Shown: positions 61,870-64,000 of the stretch, in pieces | Numbering within the stretch: position 1 is the stretch's first letter | Layout of the letters: each line of letters starts with the position of its first letter | Assembly: GCA_021827485.1 (NCBI GenBank) | Contig: JAKAVM010000052.1 | Location: 7,084 to 71,083 of the forward strand | Direction of reading: 5' to 3' | Length of the DNA: 64,000 bases | Source: Actinomycetes bacterium | GTDB taxonomy: Bacteria > Actinomycetota > Acidimicrobiia > Acidimicrobiales > JAKAVM01 | Translations under genes and position numbers: made by a program | Notes under the pieces: generated by a model | What the model saw: only the letters and a program-made list of their open reading frames with translations | What the model was told of the DNA's origin: nothing | The model's database searches: none

Positions 61870-64000
61870 ATGATTTCAATAAGGGGGTTAGTTCGCCTAG
61901 TAATTATTTTGTCAATGAGTTTGTCTACATTGACATTTATTGGCTTACCGGCAGGTGCCAAAACCAACGCTTTGGTATCTATAGCCCATCAGAGTTCCTC
62001 GTTGAGTTGGCAAAACGAGACCGATCCTAGTAGTTCTCAAGTAACCTTCCAATCGATCTCATGCCCGACAAGTAGCTTCTGTGCAGCAGTAGGTGCCCAA
62101 GGCACGATAATTACAAGCGATAATTCTGGGTCCACCTGGACAGCTGACAATTCAGGCACCACCCAGGGATTGACAAGTATATCATGTGCAACTTCTTCGA
62201 TATGTGTCGCTGTTGGATATTCTGGTACGATCGTTGCAACCTCAAATGCAGGAGGGTCCTGGGCACCAATAACCTCTCCCATACAGTCAAATATCAATGG
62301 CGTTTCGTGCCCTAACCAAAATACTTGTTTTGCTGTCGGTGGAAATGGACAAATTCTTCAGGGCACACCTGCCCCTGGGGGCAGCTGGACGGTTGCCGCA
62401 AATCTAACTCAACTTCTTTTTGCAATTGACTGTCTTTCGGCTACGTCTTGTGTTGCCGTTGGATTGCAAGGCGCAATAGTTGATACAAGCGATGGTAGTA
62501 CGTGGACACCACTCCAATCGGGGACTACCTCTACCCTTTTCTCAGTAAGTTGTGTATCAGTAGATTTCTGTGTTGCGGTAGGTGGAACGAGCGCTGTCAT
62601 GACGACAAACGGCACCTCCTGGTCGCCTATAAACTCACTAGGTACTGGTTCGAGTACGCTACAGGCGGTTGCGTGTGTAGCACCCAGTAGTTGTTGGATC
62701 GGTGGTATCAATCCAGGTACGGTTCAAGCAACAACTGACTCTGGGAGCACGTGGTCTCAGCAGATGCCGGATTCGTCCAATTGGATTTTCGGCCTATCGT
62801 GTGCAGATGCTCTTCACTGTTGGGGCGTTGGAGCTGGAGTTATTATGTCTGGAGTTGGAGCGCCTTCTAGCGTGAACACAACCTCTCCGGTTTACAACGC
62901 AGATGCTCCTGATCCCGATATTGTCGTTTCAAAAGGTACTTATTATGCCTTCACAACCGGAACAGCCGCTGGTAACTATATTCAGCTACTATCGTCGTCG
63001 ACATTATCAGCCTGGACAGTCGTTGGATCTGCACTTCCAAATCCTCCAGGCTGGGAGCAAGTAAACACTCAAGAAGCCCCCGGAGTATTTTACTTTGGGA
63101 ACGAATACATAATGTATTATGCAGCGATCCAGGCCTCGACGAATACCAGATGTCTTTCAATGGCCACCTCTTCGAGCGTTACTGGTCCCTACCAAGACAC
63201 TTCTAGCGGCCCAATGCTCTGTGATCCATCGCTAGGTGGTGTGCTTGATCCACAACCTTTTATAGACACGAAGGGGAATGCGTACCTTTATTGGAAGTCA
63301 AACGACGGATTACCGACAATCAATTCTCACATCTGGGTTGCCCCAATTGGACTTGGAGGAGTCCCTAACTTCACTAGTGCTACCTCTCTGATAGTCCAAA
63401 ATCAACCCAATACTATTGAAGGTCCCTTTATGTACGTAAACAATGGAAGTTACTATCTTTTCTATTCCGAAGGTGTCTGGAACAGTGCAAACTATGGGGT
63501 CGGTTATGCAACTTGTACAAGTGCCACTGGGCCGTGCTCTACAATCCAGGTAGCGTCCCTACTCACATCCAATAGCCAACGACTTGGCCCAGGGGGCGAA
63601 TCGCTCTTTCAAGATAGTTCAGGTAACACTTGGATGGTTTACGCTGCCTGGAACGGACCAACCAGTAATTTTAGCTACGCTAGTGGGGACTATAGAAGTA
63701 TGTGGCTAACCCAAGTTACGTTTTCAAACGGCGTCCCAATAGTCGGGGGTTCGACCACTCCTCCTCCACCGAGTTCTCCACAAGTAACTTCGGTTTCTCC
63801 CTCATCAGGGCCGGCTGGCGGAGGTACCAGCGTTACCGTTTCTGGTTCTAATCTGTCTGGTGCAACTTCGATTATGTTTGGTACTATCCCGGCGGCCAGC
63901 TTTACTACTGTATCGTCTAATGAGATAACTGCCGTTTCTCCAAGCGGCTCAATTGGAACAGTTGATATCACTGTTACCTCTGGCTCAACTACCAGTCCAA
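61870..64000 (+). CDS. Secreted protein (open at the right edge). Domains in order: signal peptide, 7 Cys-pair BNR-like blades, GH43-family domain, IPT/TIG.
   Basis: Hand translation from the ATG at 61870 (SD ggggaag) gives MISIRGLVRLVIILSMSLSTLTFIGLPAGA. There are seven ISCxxxxxCxAVG..SxxGSTW units. GH43 motifs are ADAPDPDIVVSKGTYYAF and IEGPFMYVNNGSYYLFYS. The IPT/TIG segment is VTSVSPSSGPAGGGTSVTVSGSNLSGATSIMFG. There is no stop before 64000. Confidence 0.75.
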   Translation, partial: MISIRGLVRLVIILSMSLSTLTFIGLPAGAKTNALVSIAHQSSSLSWQNETDPSSSQVTFQSISCPTSSFCAAVGAQGTIITSDNSGSTWTADNSGTTQGLTSISCATSSICVAVGYSGTIVATSNAGGSWAPITSPIQSNINGVSCPNQNTCFAVGGNGQILQGTPAPGGSWTVAANLTQLLFAIDCLSATSCVAVGLQGAIVDTSDGSTWTPLQSGTTSTLFSVSCVSVDFCVAVGGTSAVMTTNGTSWSPINSLGTGSSTLQAVACVAPSSCWIGGINPGTVQATTDSGSTWSQQMPDSSNWIFGLSCADALHCWGVGAGVIMSGVGAPSSVNTTSPVYNADAPDPDIVVSKGTYYAFTTGTAAGNYIQLLSSSTLSAWTVVGSALPNPPGWEQVNTQEAPGVFYFGNEYIMYYAAIQASTNTRCLSMATSSSVTGPYQDTSSGPMLCDPSLGGVLDPQPFIDTKGNAYLYWKSNDGLPTINSHIWVAPIGLGGVPNFTSATSLIVQNQPNTIEGPFMYVNNGSYYLFYSEGVWNSANYGVGYATCTSATGPCSTIQVASLLTSNSQRLGPGGESLFQDSSGNTWMVYAAWNGPTSNFSYASGDYRSMWLTQVTFSNGVPIVGGSTTPPPPSSPQVTSVSPSSGPAGGGTSVTVSGSNLSGATSIMFGTIPAASFTTVSSNEITAVSPSGSIGTVDITVTSGSTTSP

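Noticed and set aside
1-64000. A search for CRISPR arrays, rRNA genes and intact IS elements
   Set aside because: All regular repeats found are either in-frame coding repeats (periods of 126, 18 and 15 bp) or two-copy intergenic repeats. None shows the repeat-spacer periodicity of a CRISPR array. No rRNA-like or transposase-length ORFs are present.

Overview
This 64-kb window is probably from a mid-G+C actinobacterium, possibly Acidimicrobiia-like. That placement is an inference from gene content: a SARP/AfsR regulator, an MMPL transporter, galU-ruc synteny with a CIRCE element, a DosRS-like pair and an actinobacterial-type tRNA integrase. I could not run any search or compute G+C.

The dominant theme is a paralogous family of very large secreted proteins, with at least six genes in the window:
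- 1..561 (partial)
- 876..4730
- 11653..15798
- 18789..20660
- 49463..51871
- 61870..>64000 (partial)

These proteins combine catalytic or adhesin domains (clan GH-A-like TIM barrel, GH43, alpha/beta-hydrolase, NHL, IPT/TIG, Ig-like) with two repeat types. The first is a roughly 45-aa blade carrying a C-x4-6-C cysteine pair, present in exact multiples of seven (14, 14, 7). The second is a C-terminal 42-aa 'GYW..DGGVF.FGDA.FYGS' repeat that follows a Pro-rich linker (7, 7, 5 and 4+2 copies). I do not recognise the second repeat as a named family. I regard it as the best candidate for an undescribed surface-display or anchoring module.

Accessory content:
- Two toxin-antitoxin-like modules and a decayed VapBC next to tRNA-Ala.
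- A decayed conjugative coupling-protein gene.
- A tRNA-Lys integrase followed by a compositional mosaic. It holds an OGG-fold gene coupled to a 51-aa HTH ORF, a G+C-rich all-alpha orphan, an AurF-like diiron oxygenase, and a compact C5-methyltransferase + HNH restriction-modification pair.

Core genes include moaC, galU, a ruc-like zinc-ribbon chaperone behind a near-perfect CIRCE operator, a class-V aminotransferase, tldD/pmbA, dxs, a TPP enzyme, a penicillin-acylase-family lipoprotein, a beta-carbonic anhydrase, a desaturase and an MMPL transporter.

Two regulator-type genes appear to need non-canonical (AUC/AUA) start codons. No CRISPR array or rRNA was seen.
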